NCBI GenBank assembly: GCA_030267065.1
Contig: JAJDJF010000001.1
Coordinates: 16,448 to 80,447, forward strand
Source: Desulfovibrio sp. OttesenSCG-928-C06
Lineage (GTDB): Bacteria > Desulfobacterota > Desulfovibrionia > Desulfovibrionales > Desulfovibrionaceae
Direction: 5' to 3'
DNA length: 64,000 nucleotides
The notes below the pieces were generated by a model. It ran no database searches, was not told where the DNA came from, and was given only the letters and a program-made list of their open reading frames with translations. This document shows, piece after piece, positions 39,390 through 47,388 of the stretch (position 1 is the stretch's first letter; each line of letters opens with the position of its first letter). The translations under genes and the position numbers were made by a program.

Positions 39390-40778
39390 ATGAAACGCAT
39401 TCTTACTTTGATGCTCGGGGTTGCCTTTATCCTCGGCGCGGCTACTCAGTCAAGCGCTGTGGAAGTTCAGGTCTCCGGCGAGATGGATACGATTTTCGGC
39501 TTTAGCGATAACTCCGGTTTCAGCAAGGAAGATGAGAACGATCACTTCTTTGCCCGCCAGCGCTATCGCATAAACGTTGAGTTCATTGCCTCTGAGAATC
39601 TGCGTGGCGTAATGCAGTTCCAGATCGGCACCATGGAGTGGGGCAATGCGGAAGACGGCGCCCAGCTTGATACCACCAGCGCTTCTGCCAAAATCCGCCG
39701 CGCCTATGTTGACTGGAAAGTGCCGGATACCGCTCTTAATGTTAAGATGGGCCTCCAGTATATTGGCCTGCCCAGCGCTGTTTTTGGCAATCCTTTCTTT
39801 GGCGCAAATGCCGCTGGTGTTGTGGTTAGCGCAGGCTTGAACGACAACATCACCCTGAGCGGTATCTGGTCCCGCCCCTGGAAGGATACCAGCGTATCCC
39901 TCAAGGATAACGATACCGACATGTTCGCCATTGTTGCCGATTTCAGCTATGACGACTTCACTGTTTCGCCCTGGTTCTCCTATACCAGAGCAGGCGCTCA
40001 CTCCGGTTTCTGGACCGAAGGCTACGGCCCTGAGCATCCGGTATACTGGACCGGCGAAACCTCCAGCGCTTACGGCCTGACCTATGATGAAAGCGGCCGT
40101 TCCAACATCTGGGCCGGTGGGATAGCTCTTAGCGTCAGCCCCATCGATGATCTGGAAATCAAGTTTGACGGTATGTACGCCAAGCTGGACAACGATGGCC
40201 GCACCTCTACCACCATGGCTCCGGAAGCCGATGGCTGGCTGGTTGCTTTGGCTGTTGATTACAGCATGGATTGGGGTACTCCCGGCGCGTTCATCTGGTA
40301 TGCCTCTGGCGACAGTAAGAGCGATCAGGCAAACCACAAGTCCGGCCGCATGCCCATTCTCGGCGGTGACGATGGTTTTGGCGCTACCCGTCTGGCCTTT
40401 CCCGGCGCTTACTCCGCAGGCGAAGATACCTGGGTAAGCACTTCCGGCGTGGGCACCTGGGGCCTTGGCTTCCAGATTGCCGATGTGTCTTTTGTTGAAG
40501 ACCTGACCCACCTGTTCCGCATTGCCTACTTTCAGGGCACCAACCACAAGAACGCCGTACCGGATCTGCTGACCGGCGAAGGCGTTTACATGACCAAACG
40601 CGACTGGGCTGTTGAAGTGGATTTTGACACTGAGTACAAGATTTACGAAAACTTCTCCACAATTCTTGAACTCAGCTACATTTATATGGATATCGACAAT
40701 AAGTCCGGCGAATACCGCGGCAGTAATGAAGATGAAAACGCCTGGAATGCTCAGGTCACCTTCAGCTACGCTTTCTAG
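39390..40778 (+). CDS. Outer-membrane beta-barrel porin (Desulfovibrio-type)
   Basis: Signal peptide MKRILTLMLGVAFILGAATQSSA|VE, alternating amphipathic beta-strand pattern, Tyr/Gly/Asp-rich, C-terminal ..VTFSYAF (terminal Phe). Strong RBS AAGGAAGGA. Confidence 0.85.
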   Translation: MKRILTLMLGVAFILGAATQSSAVEVQVSGEMDTIFGFSDNSGFSKEDENDHFFARQRYRINVEFIASENLRGVMQFQIGTMEWGNAEDGAQLDTTSASAKIRRAYVDWKVPDTALNVKMGLQYIGLPSAVFGNPFFGANAAGVVVSAGLNDNITLSGIWSRPWKDTSVSLKDNDTDMFAIVADFSYDDFTVSPWFSYTRAGAHSGFWTEGYGPEHPVYWTGETSSAYGLTYDESGRSNIWAGGIALSVSPIDDLEIKFDGMYAKLDNDGRTSTTMAPEADGWLVALAVDYSMDWGTPGAFIWYASGDSKSDQANHKSGRMPILGGDDGFGATRLAFPGAYSAGEDTWVSTSGVGTWGLGFQIADVSFVEDLTHLFRIAYFQGTNHKNAVPDLLTGEGVYMTKRDWAVEVDFDTEYKIYENFSTILELSYIYMDIDNKSGEYRGSNEDENAWNAQVTFSYAF

Positions 40779-40828
40779 GACTCCAGGACGTGTCAGCACG
40801 GGCTTGTTTAGCCTGATTCAGTGAATAC

Positions 40829-40859
40829 AAAAAGGCCGGGAATATTCCCGGCCTTTTTG
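40829..40859. terminator. Bidirectional terminator between the porin gene and the ACT/paaK unit
   Basis: AAAAAGGCCGGGAATATTCCCGGCCTTTTT palindrome with flanking A and T runs. Confidence 0.88.
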
Positions 40860-40939
40860 TATCTGGATATTACGCTTTTGGGTGCTCCTGCCTGTTGTAA
40901 CCATGCTGTCTGCTGGAGTTACAAGCAGGTAGGCGAAGG

Positions 40940-41368
40940 CTACTGCAAGCCTTGCTCGCTAACCACAACAAAGCCGTTAGCAGTCAGTTTTTCAACAGCC
41001 CGTTCCACGTCCTTGCAGCGGATAATCATCATGGCCGTATTTTTGCGGCTATGCACAAAAGCATACATATATTCCACGTTCAGTTCGTTGGCCTGAAACA
41101 TCTGGAGGATGTCGTTCAGTCCGCCGGGGCGGTGGGGCACTTCCACAGCGATCACGCTGGTGGTGTTGGCTGTGAACCCGGCATCCTGTAGTGCCTTGCG
41201 GGCCTTGTCGTTATCATCCACGATCATGCGCAAAACGCCAAAGTCGGCGGTGTCCGCCAGAGACAGGGCCTGCATGTTGATCTGCGCCATGGCCAGAATG
41301 TCTGTAACCTGAGCCAGACGGCCCGTCTTGTTCTCGATAAAAATTGAAAGCTGCTTGATGCTGCTCAT
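40940..41368 (-). CDS. ACT-domain (amino-acid-binding) protein
   Basis: Two tandem ACT-like units (..QLSIFIENKTGRLAQVTDILA.. and ..VIAVEVPHRPGGLNDILQMF..), immediately downstream of paaK. Confidence 0.85.
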   Translation of the reverse strand: MSSIKQLSIFIENKTGRLAQVTDILAMAQINMQALSLADTADFGVLRMIVDDNDKARKALQDAGFTANTTSVIAVEVPHRPGGLNDILQMFQANELNVEYMYAFVHSRKNTAMMIIRCKDVERAVEKLTANGFVVVSEQGLQ

Positions 41369-41433
41369 GGTAACCTCACAATTTTGTTGACCTTAATCTT
41401 TACTGTGATTCTGATAATTACCCGTAACGCTTG

Positions 41434-42741
41434 TTAACCAGCATTACGCAGGTCAATCACACGCGCGGCCTTACCCTCGGAGCGGGGGATGGAGTTGGGC
41501 TGCACCAGCGAAACTTTGGCGGTAACACCAAGGAATTCCTTGACGTTTTTCTGGATTTTTCTCTCAAACTGCTGAATGCGCCGGATTTCATCAGAAATGA
41601 ATATTTCGGCCGGCAGCTCCACCTTGATTTCAAGGTGGTCAAGGTTGTTCTCGCGGGTAACCACAAGCTGGTAGTGCGGGGTGGTGCCTTCCGCTTCCAT
41701 GAGCAGGGACTCGATGTGCTGCGGGAAGAGGTTTACGCCGCGGATAATCAGCATATCATCGCTACGCCCGACCACGCGGCCCATGCGCACATGCGTGCGT
41801 CCGCAACGGCATGGGGTGTAGTTGAGCGTGGTAATGTCGCGGGTGCGATAGCGGATGAGTGGAATGCCTTCCTTGGTCAGGGTGGTCAGCACCAGTTCGC
41901 CTTCTGAGCCGGGGGGCAACTGCTCTCCGGTTGCCGGGTCGATGATTTCAGGCAGGAAGTGGTCCTCAAAAATGTGCATGCCGCATTTGGCCTCGGCGCA
42001 TTCCATGGAAACACCCGGTCCCATCACTTCGGAAAGTCCGTAGATGTTCAGGGCGCTGATGCCGAGCTTGCGCTCAATCTCCGCGCGCATTTCTTCTGTC
42101 CACGGTTCGGCGCCGAACACGCCTATGGCCAGCGGGAGCTTTGCGATATCAATGCCTTGCTCCAGAGCGGATTCGTAAAGATGCAGCGCGTATGACGGGG
42201 TGCAGGTCATGGCGGTTGCGCCGAAATCGCGCAGGATTTGTGCCTGACGCTTGGTTGCGCCGCCAGATACAGGTATGACCGTTGCCCCAAGGCGCTCGGC
42301 CCCGTAGTGCGCGCCAAGCCCGCCGGTGAACAGGCCATAGCCATAGGCATTGTGGATGAAATCGCGGCGGGTTATGCCTGCTGCGGAAAGGCATCTGGCC
42401 ATCATGTCTGCCCAGTTGTCCAGATCGCGTCTGGTGTAGCCGACAACCGTGGCGCGTCCGGTGGTGCCGCTGGAAGCGTGAATGCGCACGATGGTGTCAA
42501 TGGGCATGGCGAACAGGCCGTAGGGGTAGTTGTCGCGCATGTCCTGCTTGGTTGTGAAGGGGAGACGGGCCAGATCCTTAAGGCTGCGCACATCGCCGGG
42601 GCTGACGCCCAGCTCGTCAAAAGCCTTGCGGTAGAACGGTACATTGGCGTATACGCGTTCGCACTGGTTTTTGAGCCTTCTGAGCTGGAGAGCTTCCAGC
42701 TCCTCGCGCGGGAGTGTCTCCATTTCTATATCGAAAATCAT
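41434..42741 (-). CDS. paaK: Phenylacetate--CoA ligase family (aryl/indoleacetate-CoA ligase)
   Basis: ..[60 protein letters not shown].. is the PaaK-family signature. Confidence 0.88.
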   Translation of the reverse strand: MIFDIEMETLPREELEALQLRRLKNQCERVYANVPFYRKAFDELGVSPGDVRSLKDLARLPFTTKQDMRDNYPYGLFAMPIDTIVRIHASSGTTGRATVVGYTRRDLDNWADMMARCLSAAGITRRDFIHNAYGYGLFTGGLGAHYGAERLGATVIPVSGGATKRQAQILRDFGATAMTCTPSYALHLYESALEQGIDIAKLPLAIGVFGAEPWTEEMRAEIERKLGISALNIYGLSEVMGPGVSMECAEAKCGMHIFEDHFLPEIIDPATGEQLPPGSEGELVLTTLTKEGIPLIRYRTRDITTLNYTPCRCGRTHVRMGRVVGRSDDMLIIRGVNLFPQHIESLLMEAEGTTPHYQLVVTRENNLDHLEIKVELPAEIFISDEIRRIQQFERKIQKNVKEFLGVTAKVSLVQPNSIPRSEGKAARVIDLRNAG

Positions 42742-42960
42742 CAGTCTATCCTGTAATTTTAATTGTTGTGAGCCGAAGAAAAACTTTGCCTCAAGCCTGC
42801 CGCGTGGTCAAGGCGTTCAGCCGTTCAGGGCCGCACTTTCCTTATGCTGTTTTGCCTTTGATTGCCGTTTGCTGTTAGTGGATAATTGTTCTATATTGCG
42901 CAGCAGTTTTTAGGGTGTGTTTGAAACAGGCCCGGCGAATACCAACTAAAATGGATAAAT

Positions 42961-43332
42961 ATGAAAGTTAAACTGAAATCTACTGTTGATACAAAGACCA
43001 AACTTGAAAACCTCTGTGCCTGGCTTGCGGAAAAAAAAGCCAGGAATCTTGTGGCCTTTGAGCTTGGCGGGCATAACAATCTGGCCGAAGGCGTTATTGT
43101 TGCCGGGGCAACTTCCCTCCGTCACGGGCAGGGTCTGGCTGACTTTGCTCTGGAAATGGCCAAAGAGAACAACTACGAATTTCTGCACATGGAAGGCTAT
43201 CAGAACGGACTGTGGATTCTGCTGGACTTCAACGATGTGCTGCTGAACATTTTTCAGCCGGAACAGCGCGAGTTGTATAGGCTGGAAGACCTGTACCCCA
43301 ACGCCACCATTTTGCGCGACGACCGCGAATAA
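42961..43332 (+). CDS. rsfS: Ribosome silencing factor RsfS (iojap-like)
   Basis: ..LAEGVIVAGATSLRHGQGLADFA..GYQNGLWILLDFNDVLLNIFQPEQRELYRLEDLY.. Confidence 0.88.
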   Translation: MKVKLKSTVDTKTKLENLCAWLAEKKARNLVAFELGGHNNLAEGVIVAGATSLRHGQGLADFALEMAKENNYEFLHMEGYQNGLWILLDFNDVLLNIFQPEQRELYRLEDLYPNATILRDDRE

Positions 43333-43495
43333 CTTGGCGTTTGCGCGGTTTGGCGGTACGTCATGGCAGCTCTGTGGCGCATTGGTCTTCCGGATGTTTC
43401 TGGTTTGACCGTTCCATACCGCTTAATAATTGAACGCAGCCTTACTTGCCGCTATGCCGGATGCAGCATGTCATATCCGGCATGGAGAACGAAAA

Positions 43496-45031
43496 ATGAA
43501 AATCAAGCCTACAATTCTGACTATTCTTGACGGTTGGGGCCTTGCCCCCGCCGGGCCGGGCAACGCAACCAGCCTTGCCGATACCCCCACTCTGGATAAA
43601 GTCCTTGCCGCTCCCATCCGCACAGATCTTAAATGCTCCGGGCGCGCCGTTGGGCTGCCGGACGGCTTTATGGGCAATTCCGAAGTCGGGCACATGAACA
43701 TCGGTGCCGGGCGCATTGTCTATCAGGATATGACCAGAATTGACGTGGCTCTGGAAGACGGAAGCATCAATAAAAATCCCGTTCTTTTGGAACTGCTGGG
43801 CAAGGCAAAAGCGGCAGGCGGCAACATCCATTTTATGGGCCTGCTTTCTGACGGCGGTGTACACAGCCACATCCGGCACCTTTTCGCATTGCTCAAACTG
43901 GCTAAAGAGTACGGTATTGCCGCATACGTCCATGCTTTTATGGATGGGCGCGATACCTCGCCCACCAGCGGTGCAGGTTATGTGCGTGATCTGCTTGCTG
44001 AAATGCAGCGGATCGGGCACGGCTCCATTGCGAGTCTGGTCGGGCGTTATTACGCCATGGACCGTGACAAGCGCTGGGACCGCACTGCCCAGGCCTGGAA
44101 TATGCTCGTGCATGAACAGGGGCAGGAGGTTGCCGACCCGGTTAAGGCGCTTGAAGCGGCATACGCGGTTGGCGAGACTGACGAGTTTGTGAAGCCGCGT
44201 CTGGTTACCGGACCCGGCGGCAAGAAGGCAGTCATCGGTGATAATGACGCGGTGTTTTTCTTCAACTTCCGCGCAGACCGGGCCAGAGAGCTTACAAGTT
44301 GCTTTTTCTCTGATGATTTCACTGAATTCGAGCGCGGCAAGCGTCCGGTTCTTTCCGGTTTTGCAACCATGACGCAATATGACGAGCAGATGCCGGTCCC
44401 GGCTGCGTTCGGGCCGGAAACTCTCTCGATGGTGCTGGGCGAGGTGGTGTCAAATCTTGGGCTCAAGCAGTTGCGCATTGCCGAGACCGAAAAATACGCG
44501 CATGTGACTTACTTTTTTAATGGCGGGCGGGAAGATGTGTTCCCCGGCGAAGACCGTCAGCTTATTCCTTCGCCGCGCGATGTGGCTACCTACGACCTGA
44601 AGCCGCAAATGAGCGCCGTGCAGGTTAAGGATACCATGCTTGCCGAGTGGGAAAAGCACCGCTACAGCCTTGTGGTGTGCAACTTTGCCAACCCGGATAT
44701 GGTGGGGCATACCGGGATAATCCCGGCCGCCGTCACTGCTCTGGAAACCGTGGACAAGTGTGTGGCTGAACTGTGGGATTTTGCCCGCAAAAACGGCTGC
44801 CGCCTGATTATTACCGCCGACCACGGCAATGCAGAGGAAATGCTCACCCCCGACAACAAACCCATGACAGCGCACACTCTTAACAAGGTGCCGTTCGTCA
44901 TTCTTGACGATGAGCTTGATATCAGGCTCAAGGCCGATGGTAAGCTGGGCGATATCGCCCCCACCATTCTGGACTTGTGGGAAGTGCCCCGACCGGAAGA
45001 AATGACCGGCCTCAGTCTGATTGACAAATAA
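43496..45031 (+). CDS. gpmI: 2,3-bisphosphoglycerate-independent phosphoglycerate mutase
   Basis: MKIKPTILTILDGWG..NSEVGHMNIGAGR..; ..ITADHGNAE.. ATG 43496 follows GGAGAA by 6 nt. Confidence 0.95.
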   Translation: MKIKPTILTILDGWGLAPAGPGNATSLADTPTLDKVLAAPIRTDLKCSGRAVGLPDGFMGNSEVGHMNIGAGRIVYQDMTRIDVALEDGSINKNPVLLELLGKAKAAGGNIHFMGLLSDGGVHSHIRHLFALLKLAKEYGIAAYVHAFMDGRDTSPTSGAGYVRDLLAEMQRIGHGSIASLVGRYYAMDRDKRWDRTAQAWNMLVHEQGQEVADPVKALEAAYAVGETDEFVKPRLVTGPGGKKAVIGDNDAVFFFNFRADRARELTSCFFSDDFTEFERGKRPVLSGFATMTQYDEQMPVPAAFGPETLSMVLGEVVSNLGLKQLRIAETEKYAHVTYFFNGGREDVFPGEDRQLIPSPRDVATYDLKPQMSAVQVKDTMLAEWEKHRYSLVVCNFANPDMVGHTGIIPAAVTALETVDKCVAELWDFARKNGCRLIITADHGNAEEMLTPDNKPMTAHTLNKVPFVILDDELDIRLKADGKLGDIAPTILDLWEVPRPEEMTGLSLIDK

Positions 45032-45052
45032 GCGAAGAGCTGGGAGCTTTGA

Positions 45053-45295
45053 ATGAGTAAGAATGTAAAGCCGGTAAGCCCGGTAAAGCCTAAGTCGGTT
45101 GAACTGGTGTTTGTTTACCAGTGTCCGTTCTGCCGCCGCGAGCTTACGATGATTGCCCCGACCGTGGCAGCCATTGTGCAGTGCGACGTGTGCGGCAAGC
45201 AGTTCCCGGTAGTGCCGGTTGAAGAAAGAAGCGTTGCCTATGTCAAGATTATGCTTGGCAACGGGGCTGCGGCTGTTGATTCTGATTATATGTAA
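45053..45295 (+). CDS. Small zinc-ribbon protein, function unknown
   Basis: 80 aa with CPFC..(22 aa)..CDVC. RBS GGGAG 6 nt upstream; starts 21 nt after gpmI. Confidence 0.6.
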   Translation: MSKNVKPVSPVKPKSVELVFVYQCPFCRRELTMIAPTVAAIVQCDVCGKQFPVVPVEERSVAYVKIMLGNGAAAVDSDYM

Positions 45296-45446
45296 AGCAG
45301 ATGCGTATTCGCCATGCTACAGGCATGCGTATAGACTTTTGACCGTAATCTGCGAGCGTTAGAATTTTTTTAGAAAAAAACGCCTTCTGCTTTTTCTGTG
45401 CGCACATCAAGCGAGCTACGGCTCCAGTTGTTAAAGATAGTTTAGA

Positions 45447-45494
45447 AAAAAGTGTCTGTACCTGCTCTTGTCTAGAGTATCTACAGACACTTTT
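45447..45494. terminator. Hairpin terminator (usable on either strand) in the 520-bp spacer
   Basis: AAAAGTGTCTGTA (45447-45460 region) / TACAGACACTTTT (45482-45494), with an inner CTCT..AGAG extension. A/T runs on both flanks. Confidence 0.6.
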
Positions 45495-45720
45495 CTATGG
45501 TCTGAAGGCTGCTGAAACCGGCTTGGAGGCGCTGTGCCGCCAGTGTTCCAGCGGTCTAAACTTTGTCTATAATCTGGAGGGTGGTTTGGTTTTATGCCTG
45601 TTTTGATTGACTTTTTTTAATGGGGTTTGGCTCGGCCTGTTGCTGCCTCCGGCAACAAACGTGTCCGGCATTCTGTCGCGTTTTGTAGTCAGCACTGTGC
45701 GTACTGTTGCCGGAATTTTG

Positions 45721-45790
45721 CGGCAGTGCTGACGCGTCTTGTTGCTGGAGCTTTCCGGCAATGCTGGTGCAAGCTGCTGGTGGTGGTCTC
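45721..45790. repeat. Two imperfect 35-nt tandem repeats (a third unit shares only the first 9 nt)
   Basis: Units starting CGGCA(G/A)TGC at 45721, 45756 and 45791, exactly 35 nt apart. Units 1 and 2 are identical at 23 of 35 positions by hand alignment. Confidence 0.5.
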
Positions 45791-45815
45791 CGGCAGTGCA
45801 AAGCTGCCCGGCATG

Positions 45816-47294
45816 TTACTTTGAGCGGCGAATAACAGCGATGGCGTCATTGTCCACCTTTGCTTCCAGATTGCTCAGGCTGTCATAAAGCTGAATATCG
45901 GTTGCTGTTTCCAGAATATACGCTAGGCTCTTTTCGCTGATATACGGGGTTGGCATAAGGTTGCCGCATTGCAGCGCTCTGATGATGTCTTTTGTTCTGG
46001 GCAGGCCGGATATTTCCAGATCCTGCGGCTGGAAGCTTAAATCTTCAATAGCGTAGATGCCTCCGGGGTTCAGGCTGCCGTACAGTATGGACATGGCTAG
46101 CTGCTGGTGATGCGAGGCATGGCTGGCATTATCAATAATCATATCGAACTTGCCGCCAGTTTGCTTCAGCAATTCTACCAGATCGCTTTTGGATGACGCA
46201 TCGCCACGCAGTATGCTCACCCCCGGCATGGGCGGCACTGCCGAAAAGTCCGCCATGTCAAAGCCGAAAATCTCCGCTTTTGGCAGATACTCGCGCCACA
46301 TGGCAAGGCTGGGTGCCTCGCTGTACGGCGGTTGCTGTCTTTTTTGCACGTCGTGCTGCAACAGTCCTATTTCAAGAATCCTTATTGGCCTGTTCCTGAG
46401 CGGCAGCAGGTATTGTTCGTAAACACGGGCATAGCCGTGCGCGTTGTAATAAAGGTCGCCCTTGTCGGAATGGTACTTGTTGGCAAGACTGTTCAGCGCG
46501 CAAAAGTGCCTTTTGTAGCGGGTTCTGGAGGTGGCGTTGGTCAGATAGTGGGCTTCTGGCGTGATGCCGGGCTGGTCCGCTTCCGGGTTTAGCCAGCGGT
46601 ACACGTCTGGCGAAAATCCGGCCGGGATGCGGCGGGTCTGGTCCAGTGACCACATAATATATTCGTTATCCAGAAGATTCCATGGCAGCACATTTGCAAC
46701 ACAGCCGGAAAGCTTTAGTGCGACTGGCAAAGAAAGTTGATCCCGCTTGGAAAAGCGCAATACATGTTCAAACCACAGTTCACCAAGCCGTGACACTTCT
46801 GGTGCGTTGTGCTTTCGCAGTAATATTCCGCTTGCATATAGACCTGCCTGGGCAGCAAACCCTGCTCTGCGATAATGCTCAATCTGCTCACGCACACGCG
46901 GTTCGCAATCCTTCTCTTCCATAATTACAGCTTCGGCCTCGTCATATAAGCAATCACGCCATGGGTGCTCAAAGCAGTAAAAGTCTCCACCACTTTGAAT
47001 GGCGTATTGTAACAGGGCTTCCGGCGGTTGAATGAAGCTTATGGTGTTATCAATATACAGTGACCATTCTGCGGGGGGCAGGTACCTGTTGGGCTGCATT
47101 TTGTAGCGTCTGGCTTCGCGCACAGGATCCAGCCCATTTGAGCTTACCAGCACAACTTCCCATACATCCGATGTCAGGGCAGGATTATCTGTAAAGCAGA
47201 TGCGGCGGCAATCCGGGATAAAGTTTCCAAATGGGTTGTTTATGCTTTCGTAATTCCCGAAAAGCACTGAGTAGATAATGCATCGTTCGCGCAC
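45816..47294 (-). CDS. Fusion protein: N-terminal DUF616/TOD1-like glycosyltransferase domain + C-terminal class I SAM-dependent methyltransferase domain
   Basis: N-terminus IIYSVLFGNYESIN..RRICFTDNP..WEVVLV..RYKMQPNRYLP..SLYIDNTI..FEHPWRDCLYDEA..SKRDQLSLPVAL (DUF616 pattern). C-terminus IRILEIGL..SLAMWREYLPKAEIFGFDM..FDMIIDNASH..LNPGGIYAIEDL (sugar O-methyltransferase-like). GTG start follows AGGAGA by 4 nt. Confidence 0.8.
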   Translation of the reverse strand: MRERCIIYSVLFGNYESINNPFGNFIPDCRRICFTDNPALTSDVWEVVLVSSNGLDPVREARRYKMQPNRYLPPAEWSLYIDNTISFIQPPEALLQYAIQSGGDFYCFEHPWRDCLYDEAEAVIMEEKDCEPRVREQIEHYRRAGFAAQAGLYASGILLRKHNAPEVSRLGELWFEHVLRFSKRDQLSLPVALKLSGCVANVLPWNLLDNEYIMWSLDQTRRIPAGFSPDVYRWLNPEADQPGITPEAHYLTNATSRTRYKRHFCALNSLANKYHSDKGDLYYNAHGYARVYEQYLLPLRNRPIRILEIGLLQHDVQKRQQPPYSEAPSLAMWREYLPKAEIFGFDMADFSAVPPMPGVSILRGDASSKSDLVELLKQTGGKFDMIIDNASHASHHQQLAMSILYGSLNPGGIYAIEDLSFQPQDLEISGLPRTKDIIRALQCGNLMPTPYISEKSLAYILETATDIQLYDSLSNLEAKVDNDAIAVIRRSK

Positions 47295-47311
47295 GGCATC
47301 TCCTGATTTGC

Positions 47312-47368
47312 TATAAAATAAGAGCCTTCTCCCAATAGCATTAAAAGCTGCAAGGGAAAAGGCTCTTA
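47312..47368 (-). terminator. Rho-independent terminator after the M16 peptidase gene
   Basis: Minus-strand TAAGAGCCTTTTCCC..GGGAGAAGGCTCTTA followed by TTTTAT. Confidence 0.75.
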
Positions 47369-47388
47369 CTCTCGTATACGTTACATGC

